Shown here one piece after another: positions 1 to 14,600 of a DNA stretch of 64,000 bases. The position numbers were made by a program, and so were the translations under genes. Position 1 is the first letter of the stretch; each line of letters opens with the position of its first letter. Under the pieces are notes generated by a model. The model did no database searches, was not told the origin of the DNA, and was given only the letters and a program-made list of their open reading frames with translations. Source of the stretch: Mytilus trossulus (taxonomy: Eukaryota); NCBI RefSeq assembly GCF_036588685.1, contig NC_086386.1, forward strand, positions 15,376,001-15,440,000, in the 5' to 3' direction.

Positions 1-2691
1 TTTCAAGCAGCAGTTTCGTAAGATTAGTGTTTCCTGCCTGAGCAGTCAAATGCAATGGTGTTATACCATGTTTATCAGCTTGATTTACGATTGCACCTTC
101 TGCTATTAACATTTGAGCCATTTCTGTGTTACTCTCTTTGCATGCTAAATACAGTGGTGTCAATCCATCCTTATCCGTTTCGTTTACCTTGGAAGCAAAT
201 AACAATAACAGTTTAATAATGTCTATCTTTTTATCGCGACAGGCAATATATAGCGGAGTTAAGCCTTCATTCTCTATTTTATTTATGTCAGCTCCGTTTT
301 GTAACAGAATCTCTATCAAGTGCGAATAGCCTTGTTCACAGCAAATATGGAGAGGTGTCATACCATATTTATTTGTTTTATCAATTGAGACATTGTGCGC
401 ACACAATTCTTCAACAACCTTTTCATGTCCACCGAAACATGCAAGATGGAGTGGAGTGCATGATTCTTTATCTATGGCATTAGCATTTGCATTGTTTTTC
501 AGAAGAAGGGAAACAACGCCTTGTAGACCACGTTCACATGCCAAATGTAGTGGTGTTTTCTTATATAGGTTTTTGCAATTTACAATTGCATTGTGTTCTA
601 ACAACATCCTAATGATCATATTGGCATTACCATTATTACAAGCAATATGAAGTGGTGTTTCTCTACTTCTGTTGTTGAGATTAACATCTGCATTTTTCTC
701 CAATAACACTTTAACTATGAGATCATGACCGCCTTTACAAGCCCAGTGGAGTGGGGTAGATTCTGTTCTATCACGTTGATTTATGTCAACATTGTTTGAA
801 AGTAACAGCTGAACAATTTCAAGACATCCACCACTACAACTGCTATGTATTGGACGTTTTCCGTCTAAACTTTCTTTACAGGTGTCAGCACTGCTATTTA
901 ACAGGAGCTCAGCAATTCTACAATATTTATGCTCACAAGCTAAATATATTGCAGTTCTTCCTTTGTTGTCAGCAAGATTGATATCAGCATTATTTTTAAT
1001 CAACAGTTCAACAATTTCAACACATCCTTTCATCGAAGCTAAATGTAAAGGAGTGTGTCCAAATGTATCCGTTATATTAACCTTTGCATTTCCATGCAAT
1101 AATTTTTCAGCTATGCGTATATTTCCATTACTACAAACAACGTGTAATGCCGTTTTTAGATCTTTTATTCGTTGTTTTATTGTAGCACTCTTTGACAAAA
1201 GAACCGCTACTGTATCTGTATGACCACCAGCGCATGCCAAATCTAAAGGTGTATTTTCATTTTTATCCGTTTTGTCAATAAATGCTCCTTTCTTTAGTAA
1301 TAACTCTGCTGTATGACTATGTCCCTTGAGACAAGCCAGATGCAACGGAATTTGACCAGATCTATTTTCTTTGTTAACCAATGATTTGTCAAAGTGTAAG
1401 AAATATGTAAGATAGTCGTCATAACCTTCTAAAGATACAGCATGCACAACTGTTGAACCATCATCAGAGTTCTTTAAGTCATTCCGTTTTAACATTGTTT
1501 TAATATACGAAATAAACGCTTCTCTGAATTGTGGAAAGGCATTCTGCGTATCCGTTATTACATCCCAGAATATCCCTTGTTTTATATCGATTAGGATTCG
1601 GTCAAAGTATGCTTTTTCTAATACTAGTGGAATCATAATTGTCAACTTTGGAGGATGTCCTTTCAGAGACAAAAACTGAACTCTATCCTTTAGAAACGAC
1701 GTCTTACTATATTTCAGTAAACTTCGTAGGATACGTTGACTCATGACATGTGCAATTATATACACCAAAGTTTCGTTTATAAAGGAAAACCCATCTTCCG
1801 TTTCCATGCAATAAGATCCAACTAAGGCATTTAGACAAAAGAGTATTAGCTGTTTTGATGGTACTTGGGTATAACCTATTTCATTTGCCAAACCATGGAT
1901 AAGTTCATTAAAATGTCTATCTTGATTCTGATTATTGTTATCCTGGATAAGTTTTTCTTTTTTTACATTATTGTTCGAAATCACCATTAGTGCTAATGAA
2001 AAATAATGCAAATCTTTCGTTTTATTGCACTGTTCGATCTCTTCAGCGACATAACTATACGGTGTTGAAAAATATTCTACTGCATTTTCTTTTGTATCGG
2101 GTGAATATTTCGCGCACAGTGTAGGAAAGAATCTAAACTTCATAATGACTTCATTGCCTAATTGGTCTATTATCTCTGCATTTAAATATGATTTTCCTAT
2201 TTTTCGACGATTGTCTTCAGTCAGCTGTAAGTCTTCTCCGAGAAGGTTGAGATGAACAAAAGCTGACTTCACTGTTACAATGTCAACGGAATTATACATA
2301 TAAGACCTACAAGTTGCTAGTATCTTAAAATCCTTATTTCTATCTAAAAGCTTAAGAACCAAATTACCTTGTTTACTCCACCACATAGTATCATAATCAT
2401 GAACACTATACTTTCCGAATATATCATCAATTACAAATATCTGTTTCTTATCTTTAGATGCATATTTGACTATGTCGTCTGGGTTTGTAACAATCAATAG
2501 TTCGCACTCCTCAGTTTCCTCCAGAGTTAATGCTACGTGAAATGCCAGAGATGACTTCCCACTTCCTTGTGGTCCTGTAACAAGGATACACTGATCCTTC
2601 TTCATGCTTTCCAATATCGCTTTGGATGCCTCGGTTTCAACAAATCGATGCAAACGTTCTTGCCACTGCTTCTTTTCATAATTCTGTAGTT
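1..2691 (-). CDS. Large exon encoding an nSTAND3-like P-loop NTPase, helical region and at least 15 ankyrin repeats; open at the window edge
   Basis: Acceptor TTTTTGTAG at 2700-2692. Walker A VTGPQGSGKS (GPQGSGKS at 2575-2552), Walker B IFVIDDIFG (2440-2414), ILATCRS, FFPTLC. From ~1470 down to 1 there are 33-aa repeats (IPLHLAC, TPLDLAC, TPLHLAS, TPLHWAC, TPLHIAC, TPLYIAC...). The frame is the same at both ends; its absence from the ORF track fits a frame with no stop in the window. Confidence 0.93.
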
Positions 2692-5600
2692 CTACAAAAA
2701 ATTATAATCATTTAAGCAATTATTCAAATTTTTTTTCAGAATTATACTGACACAAAAAGTCAACCTGATTAACTATGTCACAGATTTTGGTGAAATTTCT
2801 TGTAACTTGATCTCGTAGTTTGATGAATTACAATCGAAAGTTTCAATTTATCTCTTTCATTTTTTTCAAATCTTATTTAAGGAAGTCTAACAGTATCTTA
2901 GTTAAAATATTCATGATCCATCTATTTATATCGAAGGGTTAAATATTTCTCAGTGATGTCCTGTCATGGCTTTGTTTGAATTTGGTTGTTAGATTTTCGG
3001 TCAATAATGTTTGTCTCTAATATTTAATTAACTGTGCATTTGTATTCAGATATCGCAGATCGAATTTATTCGTTCATTGTGTAATAATACGTTTTTTGAT
3101 TGAGTTAAATCTGCCAATGGATATTTTATCGTATGTTTTTCTATGTTGTGATGTTATGCTATTGTTTCAGAAAAAGGGAGAAGGTTTGGATCCATTAAAA
3201 CGTTTAATCCCGCTGCAGATGTTTGCACCTGTCCTAAGTCAGGAATCTTATGTACAGTAGTTGTCGTTTGTTTATGTAATATATATGTGTTTCTCGTTTC
3301 TCGTTTTGTTTATATAGATTAGACCGTTGGTTTTCCCGTTTGAATGCTTTTACACTAGTAATTTTTGGGCCCTTTATAGCTTGTTATTCGGTGTGAGCCA
3401 AAGCTCCGTGTTGAAGGCCATACTTTAACCTATAATGGTTTACTTTTTAAATTGTTATTTGGATTGAGAGTTGTCTCATTGGCACTCACACCACATCTTC
3501 CTATATCTATTTAAAAAAAAGTGACTTGTTGTTATGAGAGTCACTGTTGAATCCTGTGTAGACGAAACGCGCATCTGGCGCACTACATAATAATCCTGGT
3601 ACCTTTGTTAACTATTGTTACCAGTTTTGTAGTGTACAACTGTTTTTTAATCGAACAGTTTTTCAAAATTTGACACTTCATTGTGATTTTTACTTATAAT
3701 GATGATGCTCACTACAGTTCAAGTAGGTACAATGTTTTGTTTTTAAATTGTTTTCAAAAAACTTCAATCACATGATATTACTTTTCAACTAAAATGTACT
3801 TTAATTTAACAGACAACTTTTCTGAATACCTTAATAGGTCTTAACATTGTAATTTTGAAGTTCTCATGAGATTCCTAATATATATGCCAGCCTATGAAGG
3901 AATACTGGCAGAAATATGTTATGCTTACACATTGTATTCAAAATTGATAACGTTTAGCGTTATGTGAGTCATTGTCTTAAAATGCTTAAACATCCTGATT
4001 TAATTATTGACATGGACAAAAATACACAAGTTAAACTGAAAGTCATAGATCACAACAATATTTGGTAAAATCAAAGCTATGGTTTTCAATAATTATGGGT
4101 CATTCACTAATGCGCCTCAAAGTTAGGAACTCAAATTAAATGTGTACACAAGAAGCTACATATACATGCAGAAATATTGGACAAGTTGTTATTTTTATCA
4201 AATCACTGAGTATAACTATTTGTCTTGTATTGATTCAGTGTAAATATTCAGGAGTTAAAATTTTACAAAATACTTAAATTTAAGAGAAGGTTTTGTGTAA
4301 AAATAGCGATGTTTACAAGATACCTCATTACAGAGGTCTTTTAAGCTAGGCATTTTAAGTACCTGACGCAGCATACTAGTGAATCTTTGTAATGTACTGT
4401 TGCAGTGTAAAATACTATGGAGTTATTAAGTTTCACAAGGTACTAACTTTCTTTCAAGGGAAGGTTTTGTGTGAAAATTGGGGATGTGTTTACCTTGAGA
4501 AACAGCACCACAATGGGCTTTCAAGGTTGAATATTTAGTTACCGACTGTGCATAATTATTTTTTGGTACTGATTCATTGTGAATACTATGGAGTTCAATT
4601 TACCAGTTATTAAATATTCACAAAGTAGCAAATTTTTGAAGAGAAGGTTTGGTGGGAAAATAGAATTGTTTTATCTTGTGCAACCGCATTACAGACGACA
4701 ACAGCTGCAAATTGATTGTAGTATATTTATTCAGGCCAACTTGTACAATTTGAGATAAGCAAAATCTATTTTGTATAGTATGCCTTACCTTTGATGTTTT
4801 CTGGAATTGGATTATCAAGCCTATTCTTTAATTCTAAGTTTTCTCGCATAATAATTTCATATTGTATATGTCCATTTATGCTGCCTAAAATTGAAAAGGT
4901 AATGTGAAACTTCAAGAGAATACATAGTATTTATAAATGTGTGCTACTGTATCTAACCACTACATAGTTCTTTTTAAGTCGTCAGAATAAATGTCAGTGG
5001 TTTTGTCTGTGTAAATCATTTCCATACAAACCTTGCAGATACATCAATCATTTTGCTTTGATATGAGAACCTCTGTTTACTAAAATTGCCATTGATTTCT
5101 AAACAAAATAAAAGCTTTTACCTTGAGAGACTAGTTATGACCTTCTGATAGCATATTAATCTATTGCAATAAAAATTTATAATTTCAAATAAAATTTGTA
5201 GATTTAGCTAACTAAGTCCTTATATTTGTATAAAATAACATTCGTTTATAGTGGAACATTGTTAAAACTATGAATTAGCTGCAATCAAAATTTGCTTGCT
5301 AGTCCCTCTCTGTGATTACAAATAGATAACTCTGGCTCATTTCCCAATCAATCTGTCATGAAGGGAAGTCATTACTTGCAATTTTAATTCATAGTCTATT
5401 TCAAAAATGATAAAAAGTTCTTTATATTGGTATGTAAAAATTTTAAACGTTTCAAATTTATGAAATTATATTCGTACATCAATTGTTTTGATACATCAAT
5501 AACAAAAACTGAAATATATTGCATTGATTCATTTAGTAATTATTCAAAATTATATCAGAAACCTAAACGTAATTATAAAAAAAATGAACCTGTTAAGGGG

Positions 5601-8600
5601 AGACAATTCTCGTATAACTTTTTCGAATTGGCACATAATACCACGGAATGTCACTCATAATACAAATGGCACATCCATATAATTAATTAACAGCGCAAAC
5701 GCGCTCCACTTTCAATGATGATTCTGAATTATAAATATAACCAAAAGTTGTTAATCTATAGATAGTGAAGACTAATGAAAGCTAACCCACTGTAAAAATA
5801 TTTTTTTGCACTTTTTTAAAACTTCCTCAGGAAAAATTCTCTAGCCACTTGACTTTCATAGCTCAAAATTAACGTTTTTACAGAATATTTACAGATTATT
5901 CGCTTCTCAAAGTGTAAGACGCAATAAAAATCGTATGCTTGCACAATCTTACCGACATACGGATTTAATTGAGTCCTAAACATTTTGACATTTCTTCGTA
6001 TATTTTTTATCGAAAACCGGTTTAAACAAATCACACGTACGTGTTAAGATCCGACTAAATACCTATTTCCCGATATGGTCAGGTAAAATTGCTACTTCTG
6101 AATGATAAAGTCATAATCTAGTACACGAGAAAGAATCAAGACACTGTTCAGTTTTCTACAAAAGTAAAATTGCCTATCTATTTAAAGAAAAATGCATGCT
6201 CTATCTTATTAAAGCAATCGGTTTAAACAAATAAAACCGAATACAGAGACTATCAAATTGAAGTGTCTTTTTAACTATTATTCTTAATTACAACAAAAGG
6301 CTGTCAGAGTGAAGCACACCGCATGCAGATGTCGAACCCTGAACTAATGAACATGAGTTAGCACAATATTTAAGGTAAAAACAGTTCTGAATTCGTATTG
6401 TGATTAAATGTTTGATACAACGTAGGTTTTTGACACTATGTAGTCGAAATACTGTAAAATGTTACCCAAAAATCAATCGTTGATGAAATATTTTTAAAAT
6501 TAACTATTTCTGTTCAAAGCGAAATAACTCAAACTTATTTACACGGCGCAGTTATGTAAATCTAAAATTAGATCTGATTTAACCACTAGCACAATATTTC
6601 TCTAATTAGTTATCAAAGGTACCAGGATTCTAATTTAGTACGCCAGACGCGCGTTTCGTCTACACAAGACTCATCAGTGACGCTCTTATAAAATGAGATA
6701 TAATGTTTTCAAATTATAATCAAACATAATTAATATTTTGAAATATATTTTTCTTTCACTTGTCACCAACTAAAATATGTACAGATCTGCAGCTTATCTG
6801 CACAATATAAAGTGACTCAATAAGATAATAAGACATTAGAATAACTTTTAATTTCTGAAAGGGTACAACATTCAAGTAGTACAAATTTAACTGTCCTTCA
6901 TCTAGTCATATGAAACAACATATCTTAATTTGACGAAAAAAATCGTCAAGCGTTTTCATATACTATAAACCAACTTAATTTCGCGAGCGATTTATTTTCG
7001 CTACTTTCGTGATTAGAAAAATGACGCGAATTAAAATCGTCGCGAATATGTTTAACTTGGATCTTACCTTCTCTAAACACCTCTAGTAAATAAGAATGTC
7101 GCGAAATTAAATAGCAGTGAAGTTGACTAGATAGGGCTAAACGCGAAATAAAGTATCCGCGAAAATAAGTTGGTTTACAGTATATGAACGGACACTGTTT
7201 GGCAGCCGACCGCCCACACACCTGTGGTACATTCCCAAATCAATAACCAATATTTCCTAAAATTTGTTAAAAATTGAATAATAAAATAATGATCTAAAAT
7301 AAAATTCTCCATAACCATGTGGCACCGGATATGTTTTAATAAAAGACGTTTTTTCTCCACAATTATAGTCCAGTCACACTAAGATTTAACCTTAAACTAA
7401 TTGCAACAGAAAATGTTTTAGTTTTTAATGTTTTAATCTATAGCATTATGCCCTTTATATACATAGAAAAAAGTCCCATAAAACTTAACTTGAGAAAAAC
7501 TCAAAAAGAGCATTATTTGTCAGACTCAATTATATAATATTCTGCTCATGAAATGTACAAAACCGAAGTGTTATGGGTAGTTTAATTTTTTCGTGCATTT
7601 TTCATTTAAGAAATTTCAAATTTGAAGCTTTGTAACCATTTTGAAAAAAATAATGTGAAAATTTGGTATTGTTTCTATCTGTATATTATATTTTTTACAG
7701 CAACTTACCTATCTAAAGAAACTGTAAACCACAAAAAGAAGATTACACGCTTAATTATTTTTATTAAATGTTAGATTCTTTACCTTGACATGTTGAAAAA
7801 TTCAATAAATGGTCAACTAATGAATTACGAAATCTATATTATAACTTGATAAAATATATTTAAACACCTTTAGAGTTTTTAGTTATACTCTAAAGACTGC
7901 TAAAAAATCAAAAATCAATACATTTTGATGAATATAAGCGGTAAAGTTATTATTTTGTATCAATTTTTTTTTTAATTTCTGCCTTTTTGCCAGAGTTATC
8001 TCCCTTTTCAATGCAAATCTCCTTAGGAATTTTAAATGGTGATTTTTTTAGTCTTCCTCATGTTAGATATTATTGGACATTTTTCTGTATATATTTGGGA
8101 TATAAGGCTAAGGAGTAAAACTTAAAAATCTTCTGTTGCAAATACTAGATTGCTAGATTGACTGGACTATAAACAAAGATTATAATTTGTTTAGAATTTT
8201 CTAATTTTAGTATTCTAGTAAATCATATAATCCTTTTACTTGTATAAACTAGCTTACCACTAAGAGACCTGTCCAGGAAAACCGCACGCTTCATGATGAA
8301 AGCTGCAAATAAGACATATCAAAAAGCTAGTTCTTGTAAATCAGGTAATAACAGTTCAGTGTTTTTCAAATGTATCTTATAAGACGACGTCTTCAAAATC
8401 ACTGCCAAGACGTTAATAGGAACATTTTCATTTAAGTGCACTTACTCATATGAGCCATAGGCCGACGAATTTGAAAGTAAACCCATTGTAGGTTCTCTAT
8501 GATTTAAAAACCGTCATTGTGTCGGATACACACATAATTTGAGTGATGGGCTAGCAACTTATTTGATAAGGTGAATGTTACAAAGTCTAGATCAACTGAA

Positions 8601-11600
8601 GTGTTATATTTCACATCTAAACTCACATCTTATTTTAAATGTGCAACCAACGAAAATTCGCCATGTGAATTTTGATTTGGACGCAGACAGTTCAGCGCTG
8701 AACGTGAGTTTAAGAAAGTGTTATTTATTTTTTCTTTGCAGTTACATTGCGGAAGTTATACTATCTTTATTTCAACTAAATATATTCAAAAACAGGCAAA
8801 ACAAAAATAACTGAAAGCAATTTATAGACTTTGTGCGATATGTTTATTACGTATAACAATTTCGAACATTTCGTTGAAACCATATATAACAGGTACTATC
8901 CATCTCTTCAATATGGAAACTTGTTGGGGTTGAGATTCCGACGGTTTATGCACATACACTGTCGTAAGGTATTAACTCAGAATAAACATGCAATTCAATA
9001 CGATATATTTACCTAGTGCGAACAAAATTGCAGCCACAACTAACACAGTAATGACAGTTTTATATTCGTTTGACGAGTTGTATGCTGAAAAAAAAGTTGA
9101 TGTTATATTCGCTTACTGTCTTTACCACTTCTACTTAGTTAGCATGCTTACAATCATTTGTTCCTTTGATTTCAGTAAATTAATGGGTTAAATTTTATTG
9201 CAGAATTTTGTTAAAATGTATACTTGTATCAGTAAGTGTAGATCTTTTTCAAAGATTCTGACATTCAAAAATGCACTACCTTTAAATAAAGTTAGTTTTG
9301 CTTTCACACTTAAAATGTGTTGTGTCCTAACTGAACATGCTACTGAATAGTATAAATTGGCGCAGTAATTATGATAGACATAGATACCTATATTTTCTGT
9401 CTCTTTGCTATTTGGAATGAATGATGTAGTCGGTTTACTGTCTTTGTCACTGTTAAAATAGATTATCAAACTTTTATATTAACAACAATTTCGAAATTGA
9501 CAGATGTCTTTCAATGGCTTGAAACTTGCCAAGAAACACTTATTTAAAAACATGCCAGGCATATTTAGTAATGATGACTGCTCGATAAACACGTATGTAG
9601 ATGTTTTTTTTTTTTATTAAAAGTAAAGCCGCATTTATAGTTTGATTCCCGAAAATATGGAAAAAATATTATAAAAAAAAACAAAGTGTTTTGCATAGCT
9701 ATCAAGTTTTGTTTGTTTGAACACTGGTTGAATTTGAGTTCATAAGGTTTATATCATGATATATATATTTTTTAACATTGAATGACAAAACCAGATTACA
9801 GAATTAAACACTCTATACAATGTGATAGCAAAAAGAATATTGTTCAAAGATCGCAGTCTAATTGGAAACTGGCGAGTACAAATGAAAGTCAGAATTTACA
9901 AGAGAATACATTTGGCGTAATATATGAAATACAAACTGGTAAATTGTGCTTTTTAACTTGGGTAAATCAGGAAAGTAATGTTGGGATGTAAAATATAACA
10001 CACACACACGCTCTGTAACTGACAACGAATATCATTCATCGGGATGTTCTTCTTAAGATTAGTTATTTTCACCCACCATTGCAAACATTGTAAATATGAA
10101 TTAGTAAGTAAGTTAGTCAGTCAGTGAGTAAATTTATTTACAGTCGGCACTTATGTTCAATTGAATATAAGGAATGTAAGCTTTCATCTATTTACAAATC
10201 AGATCAAATATTGATTTAAAGATCTAGGGAATCAATACACAGGTACATGTATACTGCTTCAATCTCGAACAATATTCACAATCACCTAGCTAATCATCCG
10301 ATCCGACTCGTCTCAATTTGAATGTTTGAACAATATACCGTACGTTTTGAAAACAAAACCTTCAAAACTTGACTCGACAGCAAAACGGAATGCACTTTTT
10401 ATTCGAAATTTAAAATCATTGATATAGAAGTCGTATGTTGTAAAGAAATAATTTGTGTCCTAGAACGAGATGAATTATTTTTCCAAACGTGCATTTCGAG
10501 CACATAGCAATGCATAGAACACTTCATAAGCTGATGAAACATTTGAAACAACAAATTCGGTATTAAAGTAATATGAAAGTAACAACGTGTGAACTTATAT
10601 AGTATATTTATTGGAAATTCATACACAACAACATAGAATAAAAATGCTTACCGTTTAAGACGTACAGGTGGAACAAAAGATGCAGTTAAACTACAACCAA
10701 TAGTGGTGAAATGCAAGAATTTCTCAGAACGTGAAATTATACAAAAGGTTTCCAAACGTTTGAAAGTTACCACATTCGGATAAACATCAAATCACATGGT
10801 CATTTGCAACTAGGTAGGGTTTTATGTACAGAGGTGTTGTAAAATGATTCAATATTAGTGTAAATATTTAATAACTGACGATTGCATTCTTAAAAAAAAC
10901 ATATTCAGTAGAATAACAGGAGACTAGCTATGTAAAAGGTAGAACTAAATTGAGTTTGACATTCAAAATGAGATTGTGTGATATTTCCAAATACTACGAT
11001 TCTAAATGTAAGTTTAAACATTTGCAATTAAAAAAAAGTATTAACTAGGACTGCTATGAGAAACGACATTTGCAATTAAAAAAAAGTATAAACCAGGACT
11101 GCTATGAAAAATGACGTTTTTCGGTCATATAAGGGATCCATAAAACCAGTGTAAATCTTCTTTTTTTGTAAAACGAAATAGATGTGGTTTGTTTAACAAT
11201 GAGACACCTCTCCACATGACTGTTAAAAATATTAATTAATATTTTGCTCGTAGATTGTTAAGTTGTGTCAGTTAATATAATGATATAAGCTTGCATCAAA
11301 GCTAATTAATAGCATGCTATATAAGCATTACATATTGCCAAATAGGATGCTCACTATAACCATGATAATAACTTATATAACATTATATGTATTGTCTTTA
11401 AAACTTATCAAATATATTACTTTTGGTAAAATGAATATATTCTATAAGTCTAGACTTGTTTGTTAAATAAATAATTCTTTCTCATCCATACTATTTTCGA
11501 TATGGCACTGTTCAAAGTTAAATATGTTATATATATATATACATTTTTTGTAAATATAAACATATATATTACGAACTTCGTCTTTGATTTCTAGTACATT

Positions 11601-14600
11601 TTTTTGTCGATTACAGGGCTCTTTTTTATGTTAGTTTTCTCGTTTGAATTGGTTTACATTGTCTTATCGGGGCCTTTTATAGCTGACTATGCAGTATGGG
11701 CTTTGCTCATTGTTGAAGGCCGTACGATAACCTATAGTTGTTAATGTTTGTGTCATTTTGGTCTTTTGTGGATAGTTGTCTCGTTGGCGATCATACCATA
11801 TCTTCTTTTTAATATCTTTTTGTATAATTGATAACACATGCTAGAGGTTGTCAAAACGAAACATATTGGGTAGATTATACAAAAAGAAAGAATCGTTATT
11901 TGAATTGACAATAAACATATAAAATTTAGACCTTTGGTGTTCTTCTTTTTTACAATCCATGATTGCAGAGACTCCCACACTTCCTAACATTATGTTAATT
12001 AAGTAAACATAAATGTGCAAACAATATAGTGACATGCATAATGTTGGTTGTAACTCACCCATTGTAGTGTATTAAAGCACAAGTAAACGTTCCTGTCCAC
12101 ACTGTTTTGCTTATACATTCGTAATCTGAAAGATATATATAAAATTAATGCAGAATGATATATGGGCCATCGCTTGTAAATATGCATGAGTCAATGTAAT
12201 AATTTTAAAAGTGACGCCACCTAATCTCGAACTTGATCTGTATTTTGTGGTAAACAGCATTGTATGTAAGTTGTATAACAATTTAATAAGGCAAACTAAA
12301 GTTGAAAAACTAAAAACGAATAATAAAGCAACTTATATGTTCATAAAGAAGCAAAATTCATGAACAGTACACGTGGAACCACCTAATTTATACTTGAACA
12401 CCTTTATATTATTTAAATGTACATTTATTACTCATATTTAACTTTTTTCAATCTAATCAACATGCGTATTCACAAGATGAACACTATTCATAAAAGTTTC
12501 ACAAGGTATTTATTGGCAAGTGCATAACAAATACCAGTTTGAGCATGAGAAAAAGTGAAAACGATACATTCCATGAACAAAATAGAAATCCAGAATTTTA
12601 TTCAGTGACCACGCAGCTCATATTAAAGGCAAAACAAGAAAGCCACAGAACACTTAAGGGCAACAATTGCATTCATTTTGAAGTGAGAAGTAATAGTGAT
12701 TGCATGTTATTAATCATTGGAAGACAATGAATACTAGAAAATGGAGCTATCACCTTTGTCAATAATTGGGTTCAACTACAATTATTGACAAAGAAAGCTA
12801 ACTCAATGATATTTTAATGAATGAGGGTTTAGATGGGGCAAATGATTAAAGAATAATGCCCTGAAAAAATAAAGATTAGAGAATAACGGGCAAATAAAAT
12901 GAAGATTAGAGAAATGCCTGGTCTAATTTTGTGAAGATAAGAGAATAAAGGGGTTATTTTTTTTTTAAAGATTAGAGAAAAAAGGGGTGAAAATTAAATA
13001 TTTACAGAATAACAGACCCTCCCTCCAGACCCTCATAGGTACTAGATTCGTTTACTCTGCAAAATAAATGTAATAAATTAATAGTTGATTATAAGGTTAT
13101 CGTTGCAATCATATACATTACACTGTTACCACAACAATCACCATGAAATATATTTCATCGAAAAAATTATTGAAATGTTCATTGATAGGAGGTATTGAAT
13201 ATATGGTTCAAATTGAATGCTCTTTTTTTATTTAAAAATAATGATATATTCTGGAAAATTGATAACTATCAAGACTACTCAATCAGGGTTCTATTAGCAT
13301 TAAAGCATTCTTAAAAGACACAAATGACCGATGATATTTACCAGGCGTCATGATAAAACCAAGAGGACATGGTTTTTTGTAACACGAACAGTCTTCCTTT
13401 GAAGGTACACAGTAACAACTTTGTTCTGGCTTTATAATAAAGGCATAACTCCTTGTGTAGTCACAGCGACACTGTCTGTCAGAATCAGCTGTTCCCTCAG
13501 TATGGATAACTTGTCCTTCTTCTTTACAATATGTCTTTTCAAAGATACATGCTGACATTCCATTCGTAGAAAAGGAAAATGGCTGATATCTGATACCTTC
13601 GCAATCTCTTCGATCAAGATCGCCAACAATAACTAGTTTGTGTCCTGTCATAAAAAAATATAATACTATATAACTAATATCATTGTTTATGGTTTAATTT
13701 TCTTAATTTGATAACATGTTTATCCCTTTATATGAGGTTAACGTCATTCGAGCACTGCAAAGAAGACGTGATTCGAACAACACATTATTTGTTATTAGAT
13801 GCGAACCCTTACATTAAAGTTCCTTGATTTTATAGACAATGTAGAAATAACATGATAGTGAAATCACACATTAACTTTTACATTGTAAGTTTCCAGACTA
13901 TATAAACTGGTTCATCACTTAAATTAATATTCGTTGCCAAATTTTGCAGTTATAAAGGCCATATATAACACCTCATGCTTACAAAACATAAAAGCGTGTT
14001 TGCTATATTGAGAGATCGAGTATAGCTTAACTTAAGGATTTGTAAACAAAGGGAAGAAGGGTAATCAAGTATCATTTTTGTTGCTTTGAATCCTAAGATA
14101 AAAAAAAACATTTTTTCTGATCAAAATTACACACGTACTCCTTCTGTTCATAAGACTTTGGTCTGACTGACTTTAAAGTTTTGTTCGACCCGAAGTCTCT
14201 CAATGAAGGCAAAGACGCTACCGGTTTAACAGAAAATATGTGATGCTTCAAAATGTATTTGATACAGATATTGTGTGTGCAATTTATATATCTGTGTACG
14301 GAATATTATCTAATAAATACCGTAAATTATCATATGTGACCACCTCCTGCATTGTTCGTTCGATGTTTAATTCGCATATAGACAGGTTTTAAAAAATCTA
14401 CATAACCTTAAATTACGTATTCGCAATAGGTATATTCGAATAAAAAAATATGGATGAAATTGTACTAGTTTTCTTCCAAGAAAAAACACACACAGGTTAT
14501 TTCGTGTCGATGATTGTTTTCGTAGAAGTGTATTAACACGTTGCGAACATCGTAAAGTATCTAGTTAATATACAATAAATTAACATATATAAAGAGTGAC

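Noticed and set aside
126-1223. Plus-strand ORFs of 61-113 aa
   Set aside because: Antisense shadows of the ankyrin-coding minus-strand exon.
5030-7830. Extra micro-exons of the STAND receptor (near 5032-5098, 5122-5160, 7709-7721, 7784-7816)
   Set aside because: Phases do not chain convincingly, or they lie inside a TIR element. They cannot be excluded without RNA data.
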